Below, piece by piece: positions 9,678-18,467 of a DNA stretch of 64,000 nt (position 1 is the first letter of the stretch; each line of letters begins with the position of its first letter). This stretch comes from Longimicrobiales bacterium. GTDB taxonomy: Bacteria > Gemmatimonadota > Gemmatimonadetes > Longimicrobiales > Gaopeijiaceae. The notes under the pieces are model-generated. The model was given only the letters and a program-made list of their open reading frames with translations. It did no database searches and was not told where the DNA came from. A program made the translations under genes and the position numbers. The stretch lies in assembly GCA_965202985.1 (NCBI GenBank), contig CBDBCF010000002.1:416001-480000 (forward strand). The letters are read 5' to 3'.

Positions 9678-11525
9678 TTAGTAGGCGAGAGCATAGGCCT
9701 CTCTCCGGGGATCGGCAGCGGCCACCAGCGTCCCGTTCTCGTGATCCACCACGATCATCTGGGCGCCGCCGAAGGTCGCGGTCCAGCCGTGCACCACGCG
9801 AACTTCGTGGCCTAGCGCCGCCAAGGCGTTCAGCACGTCTTGGGAAATGCGGTCCTCCACGTCCACCACCGTGCCGGGGTAGCTGCGGAACCTAGGTGCC
9901 TCCAACGCGGCCTGGGGCGTCATGCCGAAGAGCGCGCCGTTGTTCATGATCTGCATGAGCGACTGGACTTGGCTGTCGCCGCCGGGCGTGCCCAAGGTGA
10001 ACGCCAGGGCGCCGTCGGGCGTGGTGGCCAGGAGCGGCGTCAGGGTATGGTAGGGCCGCTTGCCGGGGGCGACCTGGTTGGGATGCCCGGCCTCCAAAGT
10101 GTGGAGCGAGCCCCGGTTGTGGAGCAGCACCCCGGTCTCCGGCTCCAAGAGGCCGGACCCGAAGCCGTGGAACAGGCTCTGAATCCACGACACCGCGTTG
10201 CCCCACTGGTCGACGGCGGTCAGGTAGACGGTGTCGCCCGCGTCGCGTGGCCCGAGGGCCGGATCGCCGGCGTCGCTGGCGTTGCCTGCGTGGGGCGACG
10301 AGTCCGTGTTGCCGGTGTCGAGGGCGTCGGGCGCGTCGGCCCCGCCCGGAGCGGGAATCCCCGGGGCCACGGCCTCCGCTGCCGCCCTTGGATCGAACCG
10401 TTCGGCTCGCGCCGCCAAGTAATCCGGGTCCAGCAGCTCTTCGATCGGGATGTCCGCGAAGTCGGGGTCGGCGGCCCACTGGTCTCGGTCCGCGAACGCC
10501 AGCTTCTTGAGCTCGATCAGCGTGTGCAGGTACGCCGCCGTGTTGTGTCCCATCTCCTGCAACGGATGCCGGGCGGCCATCTGCGCCAGGGCGAGCTGGG
10601 CGATCCCCTGCGTGTTGGGCGGCAGCACGTGAAGACGCGCGCCCAGGTACTCGGCCGACAGCGGCTCGACCCACGTGGACGTGTGGGCCGCGAAGTCGTC
10701 CAGCACCAGGGCGCCGCCGACGGAGTCCAGGAAGGTCGTCAGGCGCTCCGCGACCGCGCCCCGATAGAACGCCTCCTTGCCCCCGCGAGCGATGGAGCGC
10801 AGCGTGGCCGCCAGCGCCGGGTTGCGGAGCAGGGAACCCGCGGGAGGTGCGCCGCCTTCCGGCAGATAGAGGGCCCGTCCCGGTGCGTTGAGGGCCGACC
10901 CCTGCGCCTCGAAGTCGGACGCAAGCCGCGTGGACACGGGAAACCCGTCTTCCGCGTAGTGGACGGCGGGGGCCAGGAGCTGCTCGAAGGGCAGGGACCC
11001 GAAGCGGGCGTGGGCGTCTTCCCAAGCGGCCGGCGCGCCGGGCACGGAAACGGACAGCGGACCGGTCTCGGGAACGGCTTCGTGCCCCAGTTCCCGGAAG
11101 AACTCCGGCGACGCCTTGGTGCCGGCCCGCCCGCTCCCGTTCAGCGCGTGGACCGCTCCCGTCCGGGCTTCGTAGAAGAGGCCGAAGGCGTCTCCCCCCA
11201 CGCCGTTCATGTGGGGGCGGACCACCGCCAGCACACCGGCCATCGCCACCACCGCGTCCGTCGCGTTGCCGCCGCGTCGCAGCACGTCCAGGCCCGCCGC
11301 CGCCGCCAACGGATGGCCCGCTGAAACGGCGCCCCGGACGCCGCGCACCTCCGGCCGGTTGGTCGAGGGCAGCAGGGCGGCCGTCCCGGCCACGCCGGCT
11401 TGGTCGCGGGCCGTCGTCCCGTCGTCGCCGCCGGAGCCCGATCCCGAACAAGCGGCAAGGGCAAGGGCCGCGGCGAACTGAAATGCCGCAAGCAGCGGTC
11501 CGATCTCCGCCTTGGTTCGTCTCAT
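9678..11525 (-). CDS. ggt: Gamma-glutamyltransferase (lipoprotein)
   Basis: GGNATDA, GVGGDAF, catalytic Thr in GDTVYLTAVD, PGKRPYHTL, GTPGG, AADPRR; lipobox LAAC; ATG at 11525 (the longer ORF reads through a propeller-gene remnant). Confidence 0.92.
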   Translation of the reverse strand: MRRTKAEIGPLLAAFQFAAALALAACSGSGSGGDDGTTARDQAGVAGTAALLPSTNRPEVRGVRGAVSAGHPLAAAAGLDVLRRGGNATDAVVAMAGVLAVVRPHMNGVGGDAFGLFYEARTGAVHALNGSGRAGTKASPEFFRELGHEAVPETGPLSVSVPGAPAAWEDAHARFGSLPFEQLLAPAVHYAEDGFPVSTRLASDFEAQGSALNAPGRALYLPEGGAPPAGSLLRNPALAATLRSIARGGKEAFYRGAVAERLTTFLDSVGGALVLDDFAAHTSTWVEPLSAEYLGARLHVLPPNTQGIAQLALAQMAARHPLQEMGHNTAAYLHTLIELKKLAFADRDQWAADPDFADIPIEELLDPDYLAARAERFDPRAAAEAVAPGIPAPGGADAPDALDTGNTDSSPHAGNASDAGDPALGPRDAGDTVYLTAVDQWGNAVSWIQSLFHGFGSGLLEPETGVLLHNRGSLHTLEAGHPNQVAPGKRPYHTLTPLLATTPDGALAFTLGTPGGDSQVQSLMQIMNNGALFGMTPQAALEAPRFRSYPGTVVDVEDRISQDVLNALAALGHEVRVVHGWTATFGGAQMIVVDHENGTLVAAADPRREAYALAY

Positions 11526-11695
11526 CGACTTCGCCTTTCCACGCAGGTTACGCGGTAGCCCTCCACCCACTCCTCGCCCAGGGCGTTCGTCACCGGCTTG
11601 GCCGTCCCGCAGGTCGGTCATGTCTAATCTCGCGGAAAAGTTGGCCTCGGCCACGAGGGTGTCGCGGGGCCGAATCGCCTTCCATAGGCGGGAAA
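11451..11695. repeat. Copy A of a ~250-bp diverged direct repeat (ggt 5' end + beta-propeller gene 3' end)
   Basis: Aligns with 15101-15350; shared blocks include TTCGTCTCATCGACTTCGC, TAGCCCTCCACCCACTCCTCGCCCAGGG and AAGTTGGCCTCGGCCACGA. Confidence 0.9.
11522..11695 (-). pseudogene. 3'-terminal remnant of the 6-bladed beta-propeller gene
   Basis: Encodes WKAIRPRDTLVAEANFSARLDMTDLRD, matching WKAIGPGGTIVAEANFPRDFDMTDLR of the 15166-16354 gene; has a small deletion; its TGA overlaps the ggt ATG. Confidence 0.85.
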
Positions 11696-11762
11696 ACCGT
11701 TGCGGGTTCAGATAGCCGCCGCTGGCCACGGCCTTGATGTCCAGCTTTGAACGGGGCCGAGG

Positions 11763-13079
11763 CTATGTGGTTCGAACCCGTGGGGTCCCGACATTGGCGT
11801 TCCAAGCGTCAGCCACGGCCTCCATCAGTGTGGCCAGTCTTGGCCAGTCTGTAGTGTGCACTGCGGCCCGGAAGCCCTCGTTCTCCCGCGTCACCATGCC
11901 GCAACAGAAGCGCCACGGTCCCGCGTCGGGGTCTGGAATCGACCACTCTCTCCGAGGCGGGGGCGGGTAAGCGTGCCCAACCAGCATGTCATACCTGTGG
12001 AAGTCGCTCACCACCACTTCCTGCCGAGCAATTACGTCCCCCAACACGACGTACTTCTCCGTACTTGGGCGTCTCACGGCCAAGTCGACGTAGGCCCCGC
12101 CGTTGAAGGCTTCAAGGAATTCTCGAATCGGACGTTCCTCCCCATGCCTGATCGAGGTCGTGTCGAGGTCGTCGCTTGGCCTCGACCACACCCAAGGGTC
12201 CCACCATCCCATTTCACCCAAGTACACGGACACCGGAGACTCATATATGTTCCCTAAGAAGCCACGCGCTCCGGCGGCCCGTAGCACGTCGGCCACTTCG
12301 TCGGCGGACTTACAGGCTTCGAGCGTGCTCCACCCCTCTGAGTTAACGAGGCGGAGGCCCCCCTTCCCAGATCTTACCAGTTGAGACACGGTCCGGGCCA
12401 CGGGGGTCCCGACATGGGTGTTCCAAGCATTGGCCACGCCCTCCAACAGCTCGCCCAGTTCGCCCAGTTTTCGCCAGCCGGTGTCGCGCATCGCGGCACG
12501 GAAGCCATCGTTCTCCGGTGCCACTGTTCCGCAATGGAAATCCCATAGGTCACCAGACTCGTCCTTCGGATACTGAACTGGAATCGACCACCCGCTAATG
12601 CTACGTGTCGAGGGCCAACCCGGGTAGGCGTGCCCCACCAGCGTGTTGCCCACCAGCACCTCCTGCCTGGCGGTTACCCTCCCAAGGTGTAGCCACTTTA
12701 CCTCCTTGCTTCGGGAGCGTTTCAGAGCCAGGTCGACGTAAGCCCCGCCGTTGAAGGCTTCGATGAACTCCCGGACCGGACGCGGGGTCTCGCACCAGAT
12801 ATCGACCTTGTCGTCGTGGTCGGATCGGACAAACAACCTCGACCAATCCCAATGGACGTCGGCGGAACCATCCTGCCACCGTCCAATCCCATCCATTAGG
12901 TACACTTCCACAGGGTTTTCTCGGATGCCACGTCCTTCTCGGATGCCACGTGCTCCGACGGCCCGAAGCACATCGGCCACTTGTTCCGCGGATTCGCAGG
13001 CCTCGAGTGTGGACCAGCGACCAAGGACCGTCGTAGACAGGCTGGCAGGCACAGCTCTTGTCTCCTTACTTGCTTCCAT
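11763..13079 (-). CDS. Hypothetical protein made of two tandem ~200-aa homologous units
   Basis: GGAGG SD upstream; motifs WSTLEAC.SA..VADVLRA.GARG, REF.EAFNGGAYVDLA, LVGHAYP and EN.GFRAA each occur twice; lower GC. Confidence 0.75.
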   Translation of the reverse strand: MEASKETRAVPASLSTTVLGRWSTLEACESAEQVADVLRAVGARGIREGRGIRENPVEVYLMDGIGRWQDGSADVHWDWSRLFVRSDHDDKVDIWCETPRPVREFIEAFNGGAYVDLALKRSRSKEVKWLHLGRVTARQEVLVGNTLVGHAYPGWPSTRSISGWSIPVQYPKDESGDLWDFHCGTVAPENDGFRAAMRDTGWRKLGELGELLEGVANAWNTHVGTPVARTVSQLVRSGKGGLRLVNSEGWSTLEACKSADEVADVLRAAGARGFLGNIYESPVSVYLGEMGWWDPWVWSRPSDDLDTTSIRHGEERPIREFLEAFNGGAYVDLAVRRPSTEKYVVLGDVIARQEVVVSDFHRYDMLVGHAYPPPPRREWSIPDPDAGPWRFCCGMVTRENEGFRAAVHTTDWPRLATLMEAVADAWNANVGTPRVRTT

Positions 13080-13194
13080 CGCCGCTATTCCTCCCGAGCC
13101 CTACCCTAATGGCCCCTGGGCCATCGCCCCCTTGGCTTGGCCCATTCACCGTCTACACAAGTTGCGACCTAATCCCTATGGACGCAACCGAAGG

Positions 13195-13248
13195 TGTCGA
13201 ACGACAACCAAAGTGAGACGGGAGCGACAAGCACGATGAGACCGTCGG
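13195..13248 (+). mobile_element. Isolated transposon-end-like sequence E1 (IS21-family-like)
   Basis: TGT terminus followed by two 23-bp-period repeats CGACAAnCAnnnTGAGAC; 42/54 identical, ungapped, to 15025-15078. Confidence 0.6.
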
Positions 13249-13267
13249 AGGCAGCCGTGGGCCGAGG

Positions 13268-13296
13268 TTGACTGGCATGACTTCGGGGGCTACCAT
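13268..13296 (+). promoter_or_regulatory. Sigma70 promoter (leaderless geometry) of the TPR pseudogene copy
   Basis: TTGACT-N17-TACCAT, 6 nt before ATG 13303; hexamers are conserved with the copy at 17694-17722. Confidence 0.7.
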
Positions 13297-13302
13297 GCGT
13301 TC

Positions 13303-14026
13303 ATGTCCAGCTACCGCAAGCCGTCCGGCCGCCCGGCCAAGCCGGTGAGTCCCGTGGACCAGGAAAAAGACGCATTCGTCGCCACCACGCTTCAGGCCAC
13401 GCGGTGGGCCCGGCGGCACCGGCCGATCCTGACGCTCGGGATCGTCTTGGCGACGGTGATCGTGGCGGGAATCGTGTACTACGTGCGCTACCAGAACACG
13501 CTGAACAGCGGACGGCGCTCCAGTTGGAGGAAATCCAGCAGCGGCTCGACACGGGGGATCAGACAGGGGCGCAGGCCGACTTGGGGCTGTTCTTGGAGTG
13601 CTTCGACGGTACGCCGTCCGCCGACGAGGCTCGGATTGCCGTTGCCCAGATCAGCAACGGGACAGGGGAGCTCGGAGCGACGGCCGCAATCTTGGAGCCG
13701 CTGGCACGGGACATGGGCAGCCCGCTGGGCCCCAGGCCGCGGGCCTTTCTGGCGGTGATCTTCTCGGAGGACGCGGGCAACCTGGAGACGGCGGAGGGGC
13801 TTACCTGCGCCTGGCCGACCATCCCGTTTGGGCTTTCGGGTGAGAGACGCCCTGGCCGCGGCGGCCCGCAGTCGCTGGGAATCGGGCGACGCCGCGGGCG
13901 CCATGGAGCTGTACGACCGGATCTTGAGCCGAATGGACGAGATGCGATCTGAACCGAGGCTTGGCGGAGATGCGGCGGGCCGAAGCGAATGTGATTGCGT
14001 TGTGGACCGCGTCGGAGCTTCCCTAG
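13303..14026 (+). pseudogene. Frameshifted full-length paralog of the TPR (YfgM-like) gene at 17729-18448
   Basis: Colinear from ATG to stop with 17729-18448; single-base indels near 13511, 13800, 13821 and 13945 split it across three ORFs. Confidence 0.9.
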
Positions 14027-14036
14027 CCGTAGCGCC

Positions 14037-14957
14037 ATGAAAGGGAAGTTGGGAGGGCAAGCCCCTGACCCCGTCGGAACTGCTCGGCGAATCGTTGCTC
14101 TGGACCAAGCCCGAGAAGCATTGCTTGCATCACAGACTTACTGGCGCGAGAAGGCTGAGGCTGAGAGGGAGAGCGCATGGCGTCGCGACTTCGGGGACAA
14201 GCGACTCTGGGAGTACCAAGCCCAGAGCTATTGTTTTGCCGCTGCCGCGGAGCGCCTGAAGAGCAACATGGAGATGTTCGCCCGCCGCCTCCATCACGAG
14301 ATCCGTGAATTCCTTAATCCATATCTCCGGCGCTTTGGCTCCGACTTCCGGCCCAACGCCGATGATGTCGCAGCAGCCCTCGAAGTCGCGGGTGGCGACC
14401 GGGCCGTGGCCGCCCGACACCTCCGGATTGCTGCCCTTGGAAGTCGAGGGTACCGTGCTAGTCTTGAAGTTAGTGCCGATGTTGTGCTCCACACGAGTCG
14501 CCACGAAGCCTCGGACCCTGCGGAAACACCCTCACGACTCGCCTGGCTATGGAGGCAAGCCCGAAAGGCCTTATTCGAGCTTATAACCGCCTTTCAGGGG
14601 TTCCTGTACATCTTTACCCCAAGATTCGTCAAGAACCCGCTGTACGACTGGGCCCTGCGCCCTCTGCCCCCAAGATTCCGCCGGCTTCGAGGACTCGTCC
14701 AGCTATGGACGCCAAACAACGGGCGTCATTGGCGGTGGTATTTTGTAATATTCCGCCGTCGCAACCCCGACCCAATCGAAACGGCAACTCGGTGGATCAC
14801 CGTCCTGGGTCAAGCCCGAGAAGCCTTGCTCAATGTCGTCACAGGCGCCGATACCAACGAGGCTAGGACGTTAAAGGAAGATCTAGCAGAAGAGCTAGCA
14901 GAAACCATGATGTTGCTCGCTTATCACATCAGTGCCGAATTGGACACGGCCTACTAG
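14037..14957 (+). CDS. Hypothetical protein (306 aa) with a thrice-repeated helical motif
   Basis: ATG 10 nt after the TPR pseudogene stop; lower GC; repeats of DP.(E/G)T..R...L.QAR.AL. Confidence 0.6.
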   Translation: MKGKLGGQAPDPVGTARRIVALDQAREALLASQTYWREKAEAERESAWRRDFGDKRLWEYQAQSYCFAAAAERLKSNMEMFARRLHHEIREFLNPYLRRFGSDFRPNADDVAAALEVAGGDRAVAARHLRIAALGSRGYRASLEVSADVVLHTSRHEASDPAETPSRLAWLWRQARKALFELITAFQGFLYIFTPRFVKNPLYDWALRPLPPRFRRLRGLVQLWTPNNGRHWRWYFVIFRRRNPDPIETATRWITVLGQAREALLNVVTGADTNEARTLKEDLAEELAETMMLLAYHISAELDTAY

Positions 14958-15024
14958 TCGACTACCACGCGACCTCCACGCTTGCGACTGTCACGCCCTG
15001 GGCGTCCTGCACTATGGTCCCGAC

Positions 15025-15078
15025 TGTAGAGCGACAATCAGAATGAGACCCTGGCGACAATCAAGATGAGACTGTCGG
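15025..15078 (+). mobile_element. Isolated transposon-end-like sequence E2 (IS21-family-like)
   Basis: TGTAGA-GCGACAATCAGAATGAGAC-CCTG-GCGACAATCAAGATGAGAC-TGTCGG; same architecture and orientation as E1. Confidence 0.6.
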
Positions 15079-15100
15079 GATCGGAACTCAATCCCAAACG

Positions 15101-15350
15101 AGCGGCAAGGGCCGGATGCACGGAAGCACCGCAAGCAAGCAGCCCGGTCCTCGCCTCGGTTCGTCTCATCGACTTCGCTCTTCCACGTCGCAGGTTACCC
15201 GATAGCCCTCCACCCACTCCTCGCCCAGGGTGTTCGTGACAGTCCCAACGGCCCGGTCGTCCCCGCAGGTCGGTCATATCGAAGTCTCGCGGAAAGTTGG
15301 CCTCGGCCACGATGGTGCCCCCGGGGCCGATCGCCTTCCAACGGCGGGAG
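15101..15350. repeat. Copy B of the ~250-bp diverged direct repeat, including a ggt 5' remnant (15101-15169)
   Basis: Minus strand reads MRRTEARTGLLA...ALAA versus ggt MRRTKAEIGPLLAA...ALAA; homology stops shortly before E2. Confidence 0.88.
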
Positions 15351-16354
15351 GGCCGCCGTGGGTCCGGGTAGTCGCCCAGCCACAGCCAACCGTTCTCGGC
15401 CGCCACCAAGCCCTGATAGGGCGGGAGGGTGGCGGGGCGCCCGGCGATCTCGACGGAAGCCTCGACGATGTCGGGTCGCCCGGTCTCTTCGCTCCGGACT
15501 GCCATGATCTCGTCCACGTCGTCGTCCGTCAGAACCGAAGGCTCTGCTCCACGACGAAAGGTCCTCCTGCGCCCTGCGCTGTCCAGGGCCGCCAAGTCCG
15601 GCTTGCCGCCCGTCCCGACGACGACAAACGAGTCCGTGGTCGCCAAGACGCTCGCCAAAGGCAGCAAGGGCCTCACGAACTTGGGGCCGCGGCCAACGTG
15701 AATGTGCGTCCCCGAGGGAATCACGCCGATCTTGCGAACGAACGCACCTTCGTCGTCAAAGAAGAGCAGGGGAAGGTCCGGGCGGAACGCGCCGGGTCGA
15801 AAGCCGTCGAGCGACGTGACCATCCCGCCCACTCCGACGATCCCGCCCGGGCCGGGCAGTGCGCCTCCAACGTATGGTGCGAAGTCCCCTCCGCCGCGCA
15901 GCCGAACCAAGCGACCGACCCACGGCTCGTCGGCCCCGAGCACCGTAACTCGCTGAAGGCCGGAATCGTACACGAACAGCGAGTCGCCCTTGATCCGTGT
16001 CATGTCGGTGGGCCTGACGTACTCGCCCGGTCCCTCGCCTCCGCGAGCCTCGTAGACGGTGTGGCCGTTTCCGTCGAAGTACCTCAGGGCCGGCGGATCC
16101 CTTTCGACGACTGCCACGTAGGCGCCCACCTGGGACACGCCGGCGATCCGAAAGAACGGTTCTCCGCCGGAAGCGATGCCCTCCGGTCCTACGCTGTCCC
16201 AGGCGAACAGCTTCTCGACGTCGCACGACGAATCCTGTGCTGGCCCGTGCTCGTCCTCATGTTCCACGCCGCCACAGGTTGCCAGCAAGCCGCCGATTCC
16301 GCAGATGCACGCGGCCAGCGACGCCCTTCCGAGTACTGGCAATGCAAGGGCCAT
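15166..16354 (-). pseudogene. 6-bladed beta-propeller exported protein with a +1 frameshift near the 3' end (or a sequencing error)
   Basis: RGGEGPGEY, DSLFVYDSGLQRVTV, GWLWLGDY motifs; removing one C from CCCC 15261-15264 restores ...DLRDDRAVGTVTNTLGEEWVEGYRV...* ending in an ATGA overlap with the ggt remnant; copy A has CCC here. Confidence 0.72.
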
Positions 16355-16373
16355 CGGAAAGCCGTGGCCCACC

Positions 16374-17498
16374 CTATCGCGACGACCTGTCTGGACGTGG
16401 TCGCTGTCTACCCTTCTCTCGAATCGCAAGGCTGCTCAGCGTCCATGCGCCGGTCGGCGGAGCATTGGACAACACGACAAGATGGTCGCGAGCGAACAGT
16501 ATCTTGCCCGGCAATGGCACATCTTGCGAAACTTTGGTCAGACTTGACAACGCATAAATGTCGGCTCGATATGACGCCTTTTGGTAGCCAAATTCGCTGG
16601 GATCCAGGTCCCGATGTTCGACGATCAGGAAATTGTTCCCCACAACCCAAAGCGACCTGACCTTCGTAAAGCTCCGAAGAAACAACTGAAATGCTCGTTC
16701 TGCACCGATAAACTCCCCGGCTCTCGGTCTCCTGGGGTGGCGAAAGGACGAAGGTGCTGTCCCAAATTCGGTAACGGAAAGGGTCGACGCGTTGTAGCGA
16801 TGCATCGGGTAGAGCATTGAAGACGCTACATAGAAGTGGTTCGGCGCAACGGCAAGGTGGTGATGGTATCCGGCTGATCCCCAGTACGCTGGAAGCTCGA
16901 GCACGTGTTGTACGTGATGGTGGAAGGCACGCACGATGCTGCCGTCGAGCGAGTACTCGAAGAATGCAGCGCCTGGGGCATGGGTATCGGTCTTCTCAAC
17001 GATTAAAACCGAATCGTGTGCATGAAGTCGTGGCGACCATATCTCTTGATCAAGTGGAAACGAGAAGTCGACGCTGTGATCCGCCATGTTCAGAACGACG
17101 ATCCGAGGTGGAAAATCGGAAACTGCAATGCGGTTGCGGTCCAGAAAGATGGCGTCGTAAGGGGATGCGTAAAGGGGTGCGTCTCTTGTTGCTGCGGGGG
17201 ATGACATGGGAATCGGAGAGCCGGACGAATCAAACAGCAAGACTGCCGGTTGGTCGCGGTCCGTGATCAAGAGGAGGCCGTCGTCCCGTATGTCCAAGTT
17301 GTCCACGGATACCAGTGACGAACTCTCGGTCTGCCGAAGAACGACTTGGCCAACGTCGACGAACTCGAATTCGGCTCGAGCAGGGAGCCCATCTAGTTCG
17401 GTGCAACCCAGAACGCTGGCGATGCCAAGGACATGTGCCACGACGACGCGGCGCCGAGTCGCGACGTGCTTGACAGCTGACTGGCCGAGTCGCCTCAT
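16374..17498 (-). CDS. 6-bladed beta-propeller putative lipoprotein
   Basis: Lipobox-like VLGC; LDIRDDGLLLITDRDQPAVLLFDSSG, YSLDGSIVRAF blade repeats; lower GC. Confidence 0.65.
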   Translation of the reverse strand: MRRLGQSAVKHVATRRRVVVAHVLGIASVLGCTELDGLPARAEFEFVDVGQVVLRQTESSSLVSVDNLDIRDDGLLLITDRDQPAVLLFDSSGSPIPMSSPAATRDAPLYASPYDAIFLDRNRIAVSDFPPRIVVLNMADHSVDFSFPLDQEIWSPRLHAHDSVLIVEKTDTHAPGAAFFEYSLDGSIVRAFHHHVQHVLELPAYWGSAGYHHHLAVAPNHFYVASSMLYPMHRYNASTLSVTEFGTAPSSFRHPRRPRAGEFIGAERAFQLFLRSFTKVRSLWVVGNNFLIVEHRDLDPSEFGYQKASYRADIYALSSLTKVSQDVPLPGKILFARDHLVVLSNAPPTGAWTLSSLAIREKGRQRPRPDRSSR

Positions 17499-17693
17499 CG
17501 GCGTTTCTGCACGACGGCTAGGATTGCGTGAGATGGACCACTCTGGAGTGATCGTCCGCGGTGGACAAGTTCAACATAGGAGGCTGTCAACGGAACGCAA
17601 GATAATTCCGGTACGGGATATGCCGAGTTGGGGAGACCGGCCCCCGAGAAGGAGAGCTCCCTCGGTACTGGGTGCCGCCCCAAGGGCCCCCCG

Positions 17694-17722
17694 TTGACCG
17701 GTGCCCTCTCGGGGGTTACCAT
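17694..17722 (+). promoter_or_regulatory. Sigma70 promoter (leaderless geometry) of the TPR gene
   Basis: TTGACC-N17-TACCAT, 6 nt before ATG 17729; no SD. Confidence 0.72.
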
Positions 17723-17728
17723 TCGTTC

Positions 17729-18448
17729 ATGTCCAGCTACCGCAAGCCGTCCGGTCGCCCGGCCAAGCCGGCGAGTCCCGTGGACCAGGAAGACGCGTTC
17801 GTCGCCACCACGCTCCAAGCCACGCAGTGGGCCCAGCGGAACCGGCCGATCCTGACGCTGGGGATCGTCTTGGCGGCGGTGATCGCGGCGGGAATCGTCT
17901 ACTACGTGCGCTACCAGAACACGCTGAACAGCGGGGCGGCGCTCCAGTTGGAGGAGATCCAGCAGCGGCTCGACACGGGGGACCAGACGGGGGCACAGGC
18001 CGACTTGGAGCTGTTCTTGGAGCGCTTCGACGGCACGCCGTCCGCCGACGAGGCCCGGATTGCCCTTGCCCAGATCAGCGCCGAGGCGGGGGAGCGCGAA
18101 GCGGCAGCCGAGATACTGGAGCCGCTGGCACGGGACATGGGCAGCCCGCTGGGCCCCCAGGCCGCGGGCCTTCTGGCGGCGATCTCGGAGGACACGGGCA
18201 ACCTGGAGACTGCGGAGGCGCTGTACCTGCGCCTGGCCGACCAGTCCCGCTTAGGCTTTCAGGTCAGAGACGCCCTGGCCGCGGCGGCCCGCATTCGCTG
18301 GGAATCGGGCGACGCCGCGGGCGCTATGGAGCTGTACGACCGGCTCCTGGCCCGAATGGACGAGACCGATCCGGACCGAGGCTTGGTGGAGATGCGTCGG
18401 GCCGAGGCGGAGGTGGTCGCGCTGCGGACGGTGCCGGGGGCTCCCTAA
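17729..18448 (+). CDS. Membrane-anchored tetratricopeptide repeat protein (YfgM-like)
   Basis: Single N-terminal TM (ILTLGIVLAAVIAAGIVYY) followed by TPR-like helices (FLERFDGTPSADEARIALA, GDAAGAMELYDRLL). Confidence 0.8.
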   Translation: MSSYRKPSGRPAKPASPVDQEDAFVATTLQATQWAQRNRPILTLGIVLAAVIAAGIVYYVRYQNTLNSGAALQLEEIQQRLDTGDQTGAQADLELFLERFDGTPSADEARIALAQISAEAGEREAAAEILEPLARDMGSPLGPQAAGLLAAISEDTGNLETAEALYLRLADQSRLGFQVRDALAAAARIRWESGDAAGAMELYDRLLARMDETDPDRGLVEMRRAEAEVVALRTVPGAP

Positions 18449-18467
18449 GGCGGACCCCACATCCACC

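Noticed and set aside
11526..11729. Long N-terminal extension of GGT in the ORF track
   Set aside because: It is read-through of the propeller remnant; the signal peptide and lipobox follow ATG 11525
13195..15078. 23-bp-period repeats as a mini CRISPR array or integron attC sites
   Set aside because: Only two units per site with 4-nt spacers, no cas or intI genes, and no RYYYAAC/GTTRRRY palindromic structure
15163..15170. GTCTCATC as an inverted partner end for E2 (also at 11519-11526)
   Set aside because: Only 8 bp match, lacks the TTGTCG half and terminal ACA, and is explained by the ggt start codon context
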